A stretch of 13,080 nucleotides of DNA from a candidate division WOR-3 bacterium (GCA_039803205.1 JBDRYB010000039.1:1-13080), one strand, 5' to 3'. Positions 1 through 7,218 are shown, counted from the first letter of the stretch. Notes: generated by a model not told the origin, from the letters alone. A program made the numbers and translations.

Positions 1-1017
1 TCTGTAATGCTTTGAGACAAACCCGTAGTATCTCCTCCCGCAGGATGAGCATGTTATCATGCCTCTGAGAAGGTAAAGATGTTTGTCCTTTCTCCCTGAG
101 AGCCTCGCCCTGTTCTCAGAGAGCCTCTTCTGGGCAAGCTCAAAGCTCATTTCATCAACTATGCGAGGGACGCTTATGAGTATCCACTCATCTTTTGGCC
201 TTGGTTTCCTGCTGGTCTTCCTGGTCTTCCTTGACCTCTTTATGGGCCTTTTGGGTTCAACCGCCATCCTCTTCCTGAAGTAATACCTGCCTATGTAGGT
301 CTCCCTGGAGAGGATGTCCCTAATGGTGCTGGGGTCCCAGTTGCCTCCCATAGGGGCCTTTATGCCCATCTCCATGAGATTTTTGCTTATCTCCCTCAGG
401 GAGAGCCTCTCGTGAGCGTATAGCTGGAATATGAGCTTCACAATCCCAGCCTCTTCCTCGTTTATCACGAGGGTTGCCCTCTTGTTCTTTCCCCTCTCAG
501 ATAGCTCGTAGCCATATGGAGGCTTCCCTGAGGGGATGAAGCCCTCACGCGCCTTTGCGATCAGTCCCCTCAGGCACCTCTCCCTTATCTTCTCCCTCTC
601 GTATTCAGCAAACACCCCCTTCATCTGGAACAGGACCTTTGCCTCAGGGGTCTCACCGAGAGGGGTTGTGACGAACCTCAGGGAGGTTCCTGATCTCTCC
701 ATTTCCTCTTGGAGGAGGAGCTGGTGCGATAGCTTGCGGGATAGCCTGTCAGGGTCATGGATTACTGCAAGCTCAACATCAGGCCTTGATATTAGCTCCC
801 TGAACCTCGTTAAGCCAGGCCTATCAAGGGTTTCACCTGAATAGCCCTCGTCTACGCATATGTATTCCTCAGGGACACGATAACCGAGCTCAGCCGCAAG
901 CCTGAGGCACTCGGCTATCTGGGATTGGATTGAGTAGTTCTCAGCCTGCTCAGATGTTGATACCCTGGCGTATACGATGGCGATGCCTTTGGGTTGAACC
1001 TTTATCCTTTTGGTCAT
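1..1017 (-). CDS. Large serine recombinase/integrase (resolvase catalytic domain, recombinase domain and start of zinc ribbon); partial, 339 codons in window
   Basis: Hand translation from ATG at 1017 is open to the left edge: MTKRIKVQPKGIAIVYARVSTSEQ (catalytic Ser motif YARVS), VDEGYSG..LDRPGL, DPDRLSR, FAEYEREKIRERCLRG, GKPPYGY, LVINEEEAGIVKLIFQLY, WDPSTIRDILSRETYIG, VPRIVDEMSFELAQ, YLLRGMITCSSCG (CxxC zinc ribbon). It is absent from the ORF track, presumably because the stop lies outside the window. Confidence 0.96.
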   Translation of the reverse strand, partial: MTKRIKVQPKGIAIVYARVSTSEQAENYSIQSQIAECLRLAAELGYRVPEEYICVDEGYSGETLDRPGLTRFRELISRPDVELAVIHDPDRLSRKLSHQLLLQEEMERSGTSLRFVTTPLGETPEAKVLFQMKGVFAEYEREKIRERCLRGLIAKAREGFIPSGKPPYGYELSERGKNKRATLVINEEEAGIVKLIFQLYAHERLSLREISKNLMEMGIKAPMGGNWDPSTIRDILSRETYIGRYYFRKRMAVEPKRPIKRSRKTRKTSRKPRPKDEWILISVPRIVDEMSFELAQKRLSENRARLSGRKDKHLYLLRGMITCSSCGRRYYGFVSKHYR

Positions 1018-1234
1018 ATCATCAAGGGGAAATTCCAACTCTGAAGGGCATGGCTTTTCCAAGCTCTGGCTTGCAGTGCACCCTGCGTGAATTTACCCGC
1101 CTCATGTGCAAATTTTAAGGCTTCCTGCCGTGCGAGCGCAACATTTCCGAAACAAAGAAAGAGCAAAGCTTAGCTCAAGCTACGCGCAAATGATCTAGCA
1201 ATTGCTCATTAGTGGAGACCGAAAAATTATGCGA

Positions 1235-1262
1235 ATTATAATCCAAAAAAGTGAAATGTAAA
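1235..1262 (-). promoter_or_regulatory. Candidate sigma70 promoter for the recombinase
   Basis: Minus strand reads TTTACA (1262-1257), 16 bp, TATAAT (1240-1235) in an AT-rich patch about 220 bp upstream of the recombinase ATG. Confidence 0.5.
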
Positions 1263-1494
1263 ACCGAGGGAATTACATGCTCGCGAGGGGGTTCTTTTCC
1301 AGTCTTGGTGAGGGAAAAGCCCAAAAAAGCCCTTTTCGCGGGTAACACCTGAGCTTTATCTCTCAGGAACAAATAATGGTTGCCTTGGGATAGCCTATGA
1401 CCCGCTTAGAAGGGAGTGACAACAAAGTTAAAAGACACGAGTGAGAGTTGTAATAGAGAAAAACCAAGCTGGGACCTGAAAAGCGAGAATGAGA

Positions 1495-1511
1495 TGTCAA
1501 TGATCTTGACA
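1495..1511. promoter_or_regulatory. Palindromic candidate operator TGTCAA-N5-TTGACA overlapping a -35 box
   Basis: Perfect 6-bp inverted repeat: tgtcaa tgatc ttgaca. Confidence 0.45.
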
Positions 1512-1535
1512 ACATGGGGTATAATTTGTTATGCT
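1506..1535 (+). promoter_or_regulatory. Candidate sigma70 promoter for the small rightward genes
   Basis: TTGACA (1506-1511), 18 bp, TATGCT (1530-1535), with an extended -10 TG at 1527-1528. Confidence 0.6.
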
Positions 1536-1547
1536 TTGCGCCTTTAT

Positions 1548-1721
1548 ATGAAAGAACACAGCCCAATCCTCCTCAAAGGCCTCGTGAGAACAACAGGGGC
1601 CAGGGAATACGATCTGAGGTGGAGAAGGGTTGTTCTCATACTTGAGAAGGCTACTGTGAGAAGAAAGGTAAACAGAACAAGGAGAAACAAACATGATGTG
1701 GGCTCATCCATGCAAAGATGA
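1548..1721 (+). CDS. Possible small basic hypothetical protein (57 aa, nearly leaderless)
   Basis: ATG at 1548 lies just after the candidate promoter; MKEHSPILLKGLVRTTGAREYDLRWRRVVLILEK...; host-like AGA/AGG codons. There is no SD, it overlaps the next gene, and no family is recognised. Confidence 0.3.
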   Translation: MKEHSPILLKGLVRTTGAREYDLRWRRVVLILEKATVRRKVNRTRRNKHDVGSSMQR

Positions 1722-1947
1722 TGTTGAGTTCCTCTTAGCTTGTGGGAACGGTCCTGTTCTGGTGAGATGTCTCAAGGCCTGGGCCTTGGAGAGGGGCTGG
1801 AGCAGGACAAAGTTCTACAGGAAGCTGGCCAGGCTCAGGAAATACGGGTGGATAATCCAGAAAGAGGCAGTGGTTTGGGTCAGCAAATTGGGAATGAAGG
1901 TCATCAGGGCTTGGGAAAAAGCGAGAACCAACAAATTGGGTTCTTAA
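1693..1947 (+). CDS. Small winged helix-turn-helix DNA-binding protein (84 aa)
   Basis: SD AAGGAG at 1679-1684. RGWSRTKFYRKLARLRKYGWIIQKEAVVWVSKLGMKVIRAW fits the recognition helix, LxxxGxI, wing and T/SxxG pattern of MarR/ArsR-like wHTH domains. Confidence 0.72.
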   Translation: MMWAHPCKDDVEFLLACGNGPVLVRCLKAWALERGWSRTKFYRKLARLRKYGWIIQKEAVVWVSKLGMKVIRAWEKARTNKLGS

Positions 1948-2033
1948 GGAGTCTATCTGAGGAGGATAGCGCCCTCACCTGACACATTTCACACCCCCAC
2001 ATATTGAAGATTTGGCCAGCGTTTCCTCGTAAG

Positions 2034-2050
2034 CCCTTGTGGCACAAGGG
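2034..2050. repeat. 17-bp palindrome CCCTTGTG-G-CACAAGGG
   Basis: Perfect 8-bp arms around one central base, between the convergent wHTH and transposase-remnant ORFs. Confidence 0.75.
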
Positions 2051-2059
2051 GATCGCAAT

Positions 2060-2494
2060 CTATCCAGGTCTTCTGAGAGTAAGGGTTATATAGCCTCTCA
2101 GAAACTCTCTAACCAGGGGGTCATCCTGGGAGAGGAGTCCCTTAACGAGGGCATATAGGCCTCTGAGAAATGCAAGGAGCCAGGCCAACATGATAAGGGT
2201 GATGAGCCCTTTCCTGACCACAGGGTCTCTTATCCTCCTCAGAACCTCCCTCATTCCAAAGAGCCCTTTCGGGTCCCTGAAGAGATGCTCTATCCTCATC
2301 CTCTTCTTGTAGGCCTTTAAAGGATCGTTTTCCTCGTAAACGGCAAAGACCAGGAGCCTCTCTTCTGTCTCTCTCAGGTATGTTGGCTCCATGAGGCAAA
2401 TGGTGTCCTCATCCCCACCGGTGAATATCCTCGCAAGCTCAGCCATTATCTCCTCCTCCATCTCAGCGAGTTTCCTCAGTTTCCTCCTCAGCAT
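2060..2494 (-). pseudogene. Truncated or internally deleted IS4-superfamily DDE transposase
   Basis: YKKRMRIEHLFRDPK matches the Y-x2-R-x3-E-x6-K (YREK) signature and is followed by the usual hydrophobic helix. At 144 aa it has no room for the N-terminal catalytic Asp region. No terminal inverted repeats were found. Confidence 0.8.
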
Positions 2495-2516
2495 CTCAAG
2501 ATTGAGGCCCTCGCGT

Positions 2517-2546
2517 TTGCAATCCCCCTTGCCCTTACTTTACTAT
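2517..2546 (+). promoter_or_regulatory. Candidate promoter of module 1
   Basis: TTGCAA, 18 bp, TACTAT, followed by SD AAAGGAGGT before the ATG at 2572. Both hexamers are identical in copy 2 while neighbouring bases differ. Confidence 0.6.
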
Positions 2547-2571
2547 TGTCTGAAACACAAAGGAGGTTGAG

Positions 2572-4278
2572 ATGAGCTACATAGCCATAACCCTGATAGC
2601 ATATCTGCCATTCCAGGCCGATACCCCAAAGGCCCCTATGCTCTGGTGGCCTGAGGCCGCGAACGGCGTGTGCGCTAACGGGGTTCACACTTCATATCAG
2701 AGGGGGAGAGGGCTGTTGGATTCCTCTTCCCTGAGGATGAAGTGGGAAACGCCCATACCTTCAGAGTATTGGTCCTATTGTTCCGGCAACACCTATGGCC
2801 CTTTGGTCTATGATATTGACATGGACGGGGTTCCAGAGGTCCTAGTAGCTTACGGGGTGCTCATACCCCGGCAGAGCCGCGGGGTTCTCCTGGTCCTGGA
2901 TGGCCAGACAGGCGCTTACGAATGGATATGGACGCACCCGAATTTTGCAATAGATAATATGACCCCCGCAATCGGATACCTGGATGATGATCCCCACCCT
3001 GAGATAGTCCTCTTTAGCCAGAACATGGAGGTAGACGATATGGATACCCTTCGAGTCTTTTGCCTTGATGGGGTAACCAGGGAGATAGAATGGCACAAGA
3101 GGATCAAGCCCAACAGTATGGGCCCGCAGGGCCGGTGCGTAGCAATAGCTGATGCGAACGCGGATGGCAAGCTGGAGATCATAATAAGCATCAAATCAAA
3201 TAATGTTCCTTCTACTTACCGGGTATTATGTCTCAGAGGAGAAGACGGTGATATCCTTTGGTGGAGGGACAGCTGCTTCAGCGATCCTCCGCTTTGCTGG
3301 GATATCAACGGGGATGGGATACCAGAGGTCGTCGCAGAGAAGGTCGACTTTGCTGGTCTCGTTGCCATATCGGGAATTGATGGCTCGGATGTGTGGTTTA
3401 GCACAGAAGACCACTTCTCCGATATGTATCCTACTCTTGCGGATGCCGATGGGGATGGCGAGTGGGAGGTTGTGACCATGGGGAACCAGCAATTTCCGGC
3501 TGGGATATTCTGGTTTGACGGAAAGACCGGCGTCCTAGAGAGGAAGTATGTCCCAGCCTGGCACTGCGTTCATTCAAAGATGGCCATCACAGGTCAGATG
3601 GACTCTGACTCTGCTCTGGAAACCATAGGTTGGATCATGCAGGTTTGGGGATCCGCTTGCGTTGATGGCCTTACAGCCCTAGAGCAGTGGGTGTATACCC
3701 TTCCTCGTCCTGACACATTTGGTTGCGGCGAGGGTGCTATGGCTGACATTGATAACGATGGCGAGAACGAAGTAATCAGTATGAATCTTCGTATGATCCC
3801 CGGCGAGGATGTGATGCGACTCAACTGTATCGGCCCCAGGGGTGAGCTTGAGTGGAAGATAGACTTTGGTAATTGTAATCCAGGAATTACTCCAGTTATT
3901 GCTGATGTTGACGCGGATGGCTGGCTTGAAATAGTCCTCGCTCCCATCTGGAGCAGTTACCCACCATATATAGATACCCCTAAAATCAGAGTCATAGACA
4001 ACGAGGGGGCTCTTTCAGTAGAGGAGGCCGTAAAACCACCCAGGCTCCCAACCATGTTGGCTTTGCCCGGAAAGCTCATCCTTACCCTGTTTGATCCCTG
4101 CCCGGTTGATCTTTCGATTTATGATTTGCCAGGAAGAAAAGTCAAACAACTCTACCAAGGCCAGCTTCCTGCTGGAACCCACGAGTTTGAGTTAACCGGT
4201 CTTGAACCAGGCGTTTATGTGGCCAGGCTCAGCTACGATGGGGTTATAACGACAAAAGCCCTTGTAGTGAGGAGGTGA
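2572..4278 (+). CDS. Gene A: secreted FG-GAP/VCBS-repeat beta-propeller protein with T9SS type A-like C-terminal sorting domain (568 aa)
   Basis: Strong SD and a short hydrophobic N-terminus. Eight DxDxDG-type repeats (DIDMDGVPE, YLDDDPHPE, DANADGKLE, DINGDGIPE, DADGDGEWE, QMDSDSALE, DIDNDGENE, DVDADGWLE). The tail LSIYDLPGRKV...LEPGVYVARL...TKALVVRR is typical of Por/T9SS CTDs. Confidence 0.92.
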   Translation: MSYIAITLIAYLPFQADTPKAPMLWWPEAANGVCANGVHTSYQRGRGLLDSSSLRMKWETPIPSEYWSYCSGNTYGPLVYDIDMDGVPEVLVAYGVLIPRQSRGVLLVLDGQTGAYEWIWTHPNFAIDNMTPAIGYLDDDPHPEIVLFSQNMEVDDMDTLRVFCLDGVTREIEWHKRIKPNSMGPQGRCVAIADANADGKLEIIISIKSNNVPSTYRVLCLRGEDGDILWWRDSCFSDPPLCWDINGDGIPEVVAEKVDFAGLVAISGIDGSDVWFSTEDHFSDMYPTLADADGDGEWEVVTMGNQQFPAGIFWFDGKTGVLERKYVPAWHCVHSKMAITGQMDSDSALETIGWIMQVWGSACVDGLTALEQWVYTLPRPDTFGCGEGAMADIDNDGENEVISMNLRMIPGEDVMRLNCIGPRGELEWKIDFGNCNPGITPVIADVDADGWLEIVLAPIWSSYPPYIDTPKIRVIDNEGALSVEEAVKPPRLPTMLALPGKLILTLFDPCPVDLSIYDLPGRKVKQLYQGQLPAGTHEFELTGLEPGVYVARLSYDGVITTKALVVRR

Positions 4279-4295
4279 TGCCTATGGAGGAATAA
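4270..4295 (+). other. Perfect SD plus micro-ORF (MPMEE* or MEE*) overlapping the stop of gene A
   Basis: AGGAGGTGA-TG-CCT-ATG-GAG-GAA-TAA; identical at 8869-8894. Confidence 0.5.
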
Positions 4296-4360
4296 GCTGA
4301 AAAGGAGAGGTGGAATGGTAAAGGGGAAGGTAAATGAAAAAACAAAAAGGAGTGAGAAAC

Positions 4361-7150
4361 ATGAACACGCTGATAACAACGCTGATAGCCGGCCTGGCCT
4401 GGTGGCCACAGGGCCGGCACGACGCGGCAAACACAGGCCGCATCTACGGGCACGGGAAGATAGTCCTTCCCAATATAGCCTGCATCCCCCTGGATCCGTA
4501 TAACAAGATATCCATAGAATCCAGATATGGCGCTACTGTTGGGGATGTGGATGGCGATGGGAAGAACGAGATCATCGTGGTGGCCGGGAACTACACTGGT
4601 TGGGTGGGCATCTACGGCCTGGAATACGATGGTAGCGTCCTGAGCATTGAAAAACACTATCAAGTGGGCCCCTATCCTAACCAGTATCAGAGAATAGATT
4701 GTGCGCCAGCGCTGGTTGAGGTTGGGAAGATGCTGGGCGAGCCTGATGGTATTCCGGACATAATATGGCACTGGGGATCAGCGGATGGCAGAACAGTGGA
4801 GGCAGCAGATTACTACGCATGGTCTTCCGGAAACCCTCCTCCCTTCTTCTGGAGACAGCCAGCTTTCACCATAGACCCCTCCTCCCCTGCCGTTGCTGAC
4901 CTGAACGGGGATCAGTGTTCCGACGCTGTTCTGGGGACATGGAAGCCTCAAAAAGGAGTAGGTCAGATCATCGCGCTAGACGGTCAAAACGGGGAGTCTC
5001 TCTGGAAGTGGGACCTTCCCTCTGAGCATCCCAATTCCTACTCCAAACCCGCTGTTGGCGATGTGGATGGCGATGGTAACCCCGAGGTTGTTTTTACCGC
5101 GGGAACAGGCGCTAAGGAACCAGGTGGCTACGAGCAAATTCGCTTTGTGGACTATCTAGGTGTCCTTGGAAACACCGGGAGTCTCTCGCCCGTGCTTCTG
5201 GCCTCCTGGACCCAGGAGAACACATGGATCGGCTGGTGTTCTGCCCCTGTCCTCGTGAACCTTGATCTGGATCCCAACCTTGAGATCGTGCTTTTCTGCT
5301 GGGAATATGCTGAATCCTCCAATAGCAAGGTCATAGCTCTTGATTACGCCAACGGCTCTCTCAGCCCCCTGTGGTCTTCAGCCTGTCCTAATAGTTCTTC
5401 ACCTCCTTATGCCTCTCCTGCTGTTGCTGACATGAACGGAGATGGTGAGCCTGATGTGGTAGTCGCGAGCATGGATGGGTATGTGTGTTGCTTTAGCCGC
5501 GATGGTGCATTACTTTGGTCTGTTCAACCGCCTTACGCAGAGGCTTTTGAAGCCTCACCAGCGATAGCCGATCTTGACGGGGATCCCTCTGATCTTGAGG
5601 TAGTGGTGGCAAGCAGTAACGGTTGGGTGTATATCCTCCATGGTGCCAACGGTGGGGTCTTTTGGTCTCATCAGCTTTCTTCTGATGAGTATATCACCGC
5701 CTCACCGACCATAGCTGACTGCGACGGGGATGGATGGCTGGAGATCGTTGTGTGCGGTTACTCCGGCCGAGTTTATGTTATAGACGGCAGTCCCCTCTTT
5801 GCTGAGGAACCCGCCTGGGCTATGGTTCCGAACACTAGCCTGGTTCCTTCGCCTGATCCCAGCTGGAAGGCCCGTTTCTATGACGCCTCGGTCATGCCCC
5901 CTGACAGGGCAATAGATAGGGACTTCGGCATAGACCCGAACCTTGTCTCGGACACGATGGTGGCCGTGGGGGAGTTTGGCTTCACTACCTGGCCTATACC
6001 TCCTTTTTCTTACTATTCCCATGACGGTGGAATGAGCTGGTTTTTCTCATCTCTGATTGATCCTTATCCAATTGATGGCCTCCGATACTTTGCCGATGAA
6101 TACCATCTATATGGTGTTCATCTGACCAAGTATGCTCCGGGTCTCTCACCTCGGATAAACGGCGTTGCCGTGGGTTGGGCAGTTGTGAAAGAACTCCCAC
6201 AGCCACCCTACATTGGATATGGCTGTATTCTGATAACCACAGACGGAGGCAAGACCTGGCAGGATGAGACAGGAGACCTCCTGGGAGTATCCAATTATCT
6301 CCATCTGCCTGAGGCTCCCCTCACTGACGCTGTTATTGTCACCGATGGCCACGATCACAAGACATGGATAGTTGGGCTTTCTGGCCAGGTATATACCGGG
6401 AGCCTGACCAACAATGGCCTGAAACAGGTAAATCCTCCTCCTCAGTGTCCAGGAGGCAAGGCACCGCTTCCCGATCTCTACGGAGTCCACGCCTATTACC
6501 CTTATCCTGGGAGCGTCCAGAACTTCATCTGGGTTGCTGGCAAATGCTGGGACAGAGGCTACATAGACTGGGGCTATTACAACGAGAGCAATGGCCAGAT
6601 GGCTTGGGGCACCCCCCCATGCTGTCATGAGACCACAGAGGCCTTCTACGACGCCATATACGACCAGTGGGCTCAGGGGGCTCAGATACCATCTTTGCCC
6701 GGGTATTGTGGCTCATTCAACGAGGCCGGAATAACGGACTCGGTTTTCGCGGTAGGGATGTCAAAGAAAATAACGCCCGTCAGACCTTATGCCCTCATCT
6801 GGGGAACAACGGACAGGATGAAGAGCTACGAGCTGGAGGATTACCAGGCCAACCGCTCCTTCTACGACATATCCACCCTTGAATACCCTGCTTTGAGGCG
6901 CTATGTCTTTGGTGAGGGGCCCATAAGATACTGGGATTATAACTTCACGAAGGAGGACTGGCTTTTGCCGGATGAGTATGAGGATCCTGATGTGGATAGG
7001 ATAGCCATAAAGAACGACAATGACCCCAACCCTCCGGGCAGAATATTATATGGCTGTGCTGATAATTATCCCCTCGCAGTTGGAGAAATGAATAATCTTC
7101 CTTGCATTTGGATAAAAAAATACATCCCCCCAGAAGAGGCAAAAAGGTAA
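4361..7150 (+). CDS. Gene B: FG-GAP propeller plus Asp-box (BNR-like) propeller protein (929 aa) with no T9SS tail
   Basis: Start placed at 4361 (SD AAGGAG at 4347-4352; the ATG at 4334 is not conserved in copy 2). WWPQGRHDAANTG N-terminal strand, eight DxDGDG-type repeats up to about 5790, and Asp-boxes YYSHDGGMSW and ITTDGGKTW. It ends 5 bp before the start of unit 2. Confidence 0.9.
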   Translation: MNTLITTLIAGLAWWPQGRHDAANTGRIYGHGKIVLPNIACIPLDPYNKISIESRYGATVGDVDGDGKNEIIVVAGNYTGWVGIYGLEYDGSVLSIEKHYQVGPYPNQYQRIDCAPALVEVGKMLGEPDGIPDIIWHWGSADGRTVEAADYYAWSSGNPPPFFWRQPAFTIDPSSPAVADLNGDQCSDAVLGTWKPQKGVGQIIALDGQNGESLWKWDLPSEHPNSYSKPAVGDVDGDGNPEVVFTAGTGAKEPGGYEQIRFVDYLGVLGNTGSLSPVLLASWTQENTWIGWCSAPVLVNLDLDPNLEIVLFCWEYAESSNSKVIALDYANGSLSPLWSSACPNSSSPPYASPAVADMNGDGEPDVVVASMDGYVCCFSRDGALLWSVQPPYAEAFEASPAIADLDGDPSDLEVVVASSNGWVYILHGANGGVFWSHQLSSDEYITASPTIADCDGDGWLEIVVCGYSGRVYVIDGSPLFAEEPAWAMVPNTSLVPSPDPSWKARFYDASVMPPDRAIDRDFGIDPNLVSDTMVAVGEFGFTTWPIPPFSYYSHDGGMSWFFSSLIDPYPIDGLRYFADEYHLYGVHLTKYAPGLSPRINGVAVGWAVVKELPQPPYIGYGCILITTDGGKTWQDETGDLLGVSNYLHLPEAPLTDAVIVTDGHDHKTWIVGLSGQVYTGSLTNNGLKQVNPPPQCPGGKAPLPDLYGVHAYYPYPGSVQNFIWVAGKCWDRGYIDWGYYNESNGQMAWGTPPCCHETTEAFYDAIYDQWAQGAQIPSLPGYCGSFNEAGITDSVFAVGMSKKITPVRPYALIWGTTDRMKSYELEDYQANRSFYDISTLEYPALRRYVFGEGPIRYWDYNFTKEDWLLPDEYEDPDVDRIAIKNDNDPNPPGRILYGCADNYPLAVGEMNNLPCIWIKKYIPPEEAKR
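6847..6958 (+). repeat. 112-bp near-identical block shared with 11503-11614
   Basis: By hand count there are 4 mismatches, all synonymous. Both copies encode ANRSFYDISTLEYPALRRYVFGEGPIRYWDYNFTKED. Confidence 0.92.
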
Positions 7151-7163
7151 GTCCTCCTCGCGT

Positions 7164-7193
7164 TTGCAATCCCCCCTGCCCTTGCTTTACTAT
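7164..7193 (+). promoter_or_regulatory. Candidate promoter of module 2
   Basis: TTGCAA, 18 bp, TACTAT, as at 2517-2546. Confidence 0.6.
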
Positions 7194-7218
7194 TGCCGGG
7201 GACACAAAGGAGGTTGAG

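Larger units (their letters stand above)
2509..7155 (+). repeat. Tandem duplication unit 1 (promoter, gene A, gene B)
   Basis: cctcgcgtttgcaatccccc... begins at 2509 and again at 7156 (offset 4647). The two units are collinear and homologous throughout. Confidence 0.92.

Noticed and set aside
212..229. Tandem 9-mer ctggtcttc x2
   Set aside because: It only encodes a repeated basic tripeptide (RKT) in a loop of the recombinase.
83..1118. Plus-strand ORFs 83-283, 536-844 and 930-1118
   Set aside because: They are antisense shadows of the serine recombinase gene.
1294..1367. Short alternative hairpins (cttttcc/ggaaaag/cttttc; cctgag/ctcagg) as a riboswitch or ncRNA
   Set aside because: The stems are only 6-7 bp and match no family I recognise; they are expected by chance.
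1506..1525. TTGACA and TATAAT as a perfect promoter pair
   Set aside because: The spacer is only 8 bp; TATGCT at 1530-1535 is the plausible -10.
4536..5076. Recurrent gatgtggatggcgatgg-type DNA repeats as a CRISPR array or recombination sites
   Set aside because: They encode DVDGDG repeat motifs and are irregularly spaced inside an ORF.
7102..7218. ORF-track N-terminal extension of gene C (and 4334-4360 of gene B)
   Set aside because: SD positions and comparison with the paralogous copy place the starts at 7219 and 4361.
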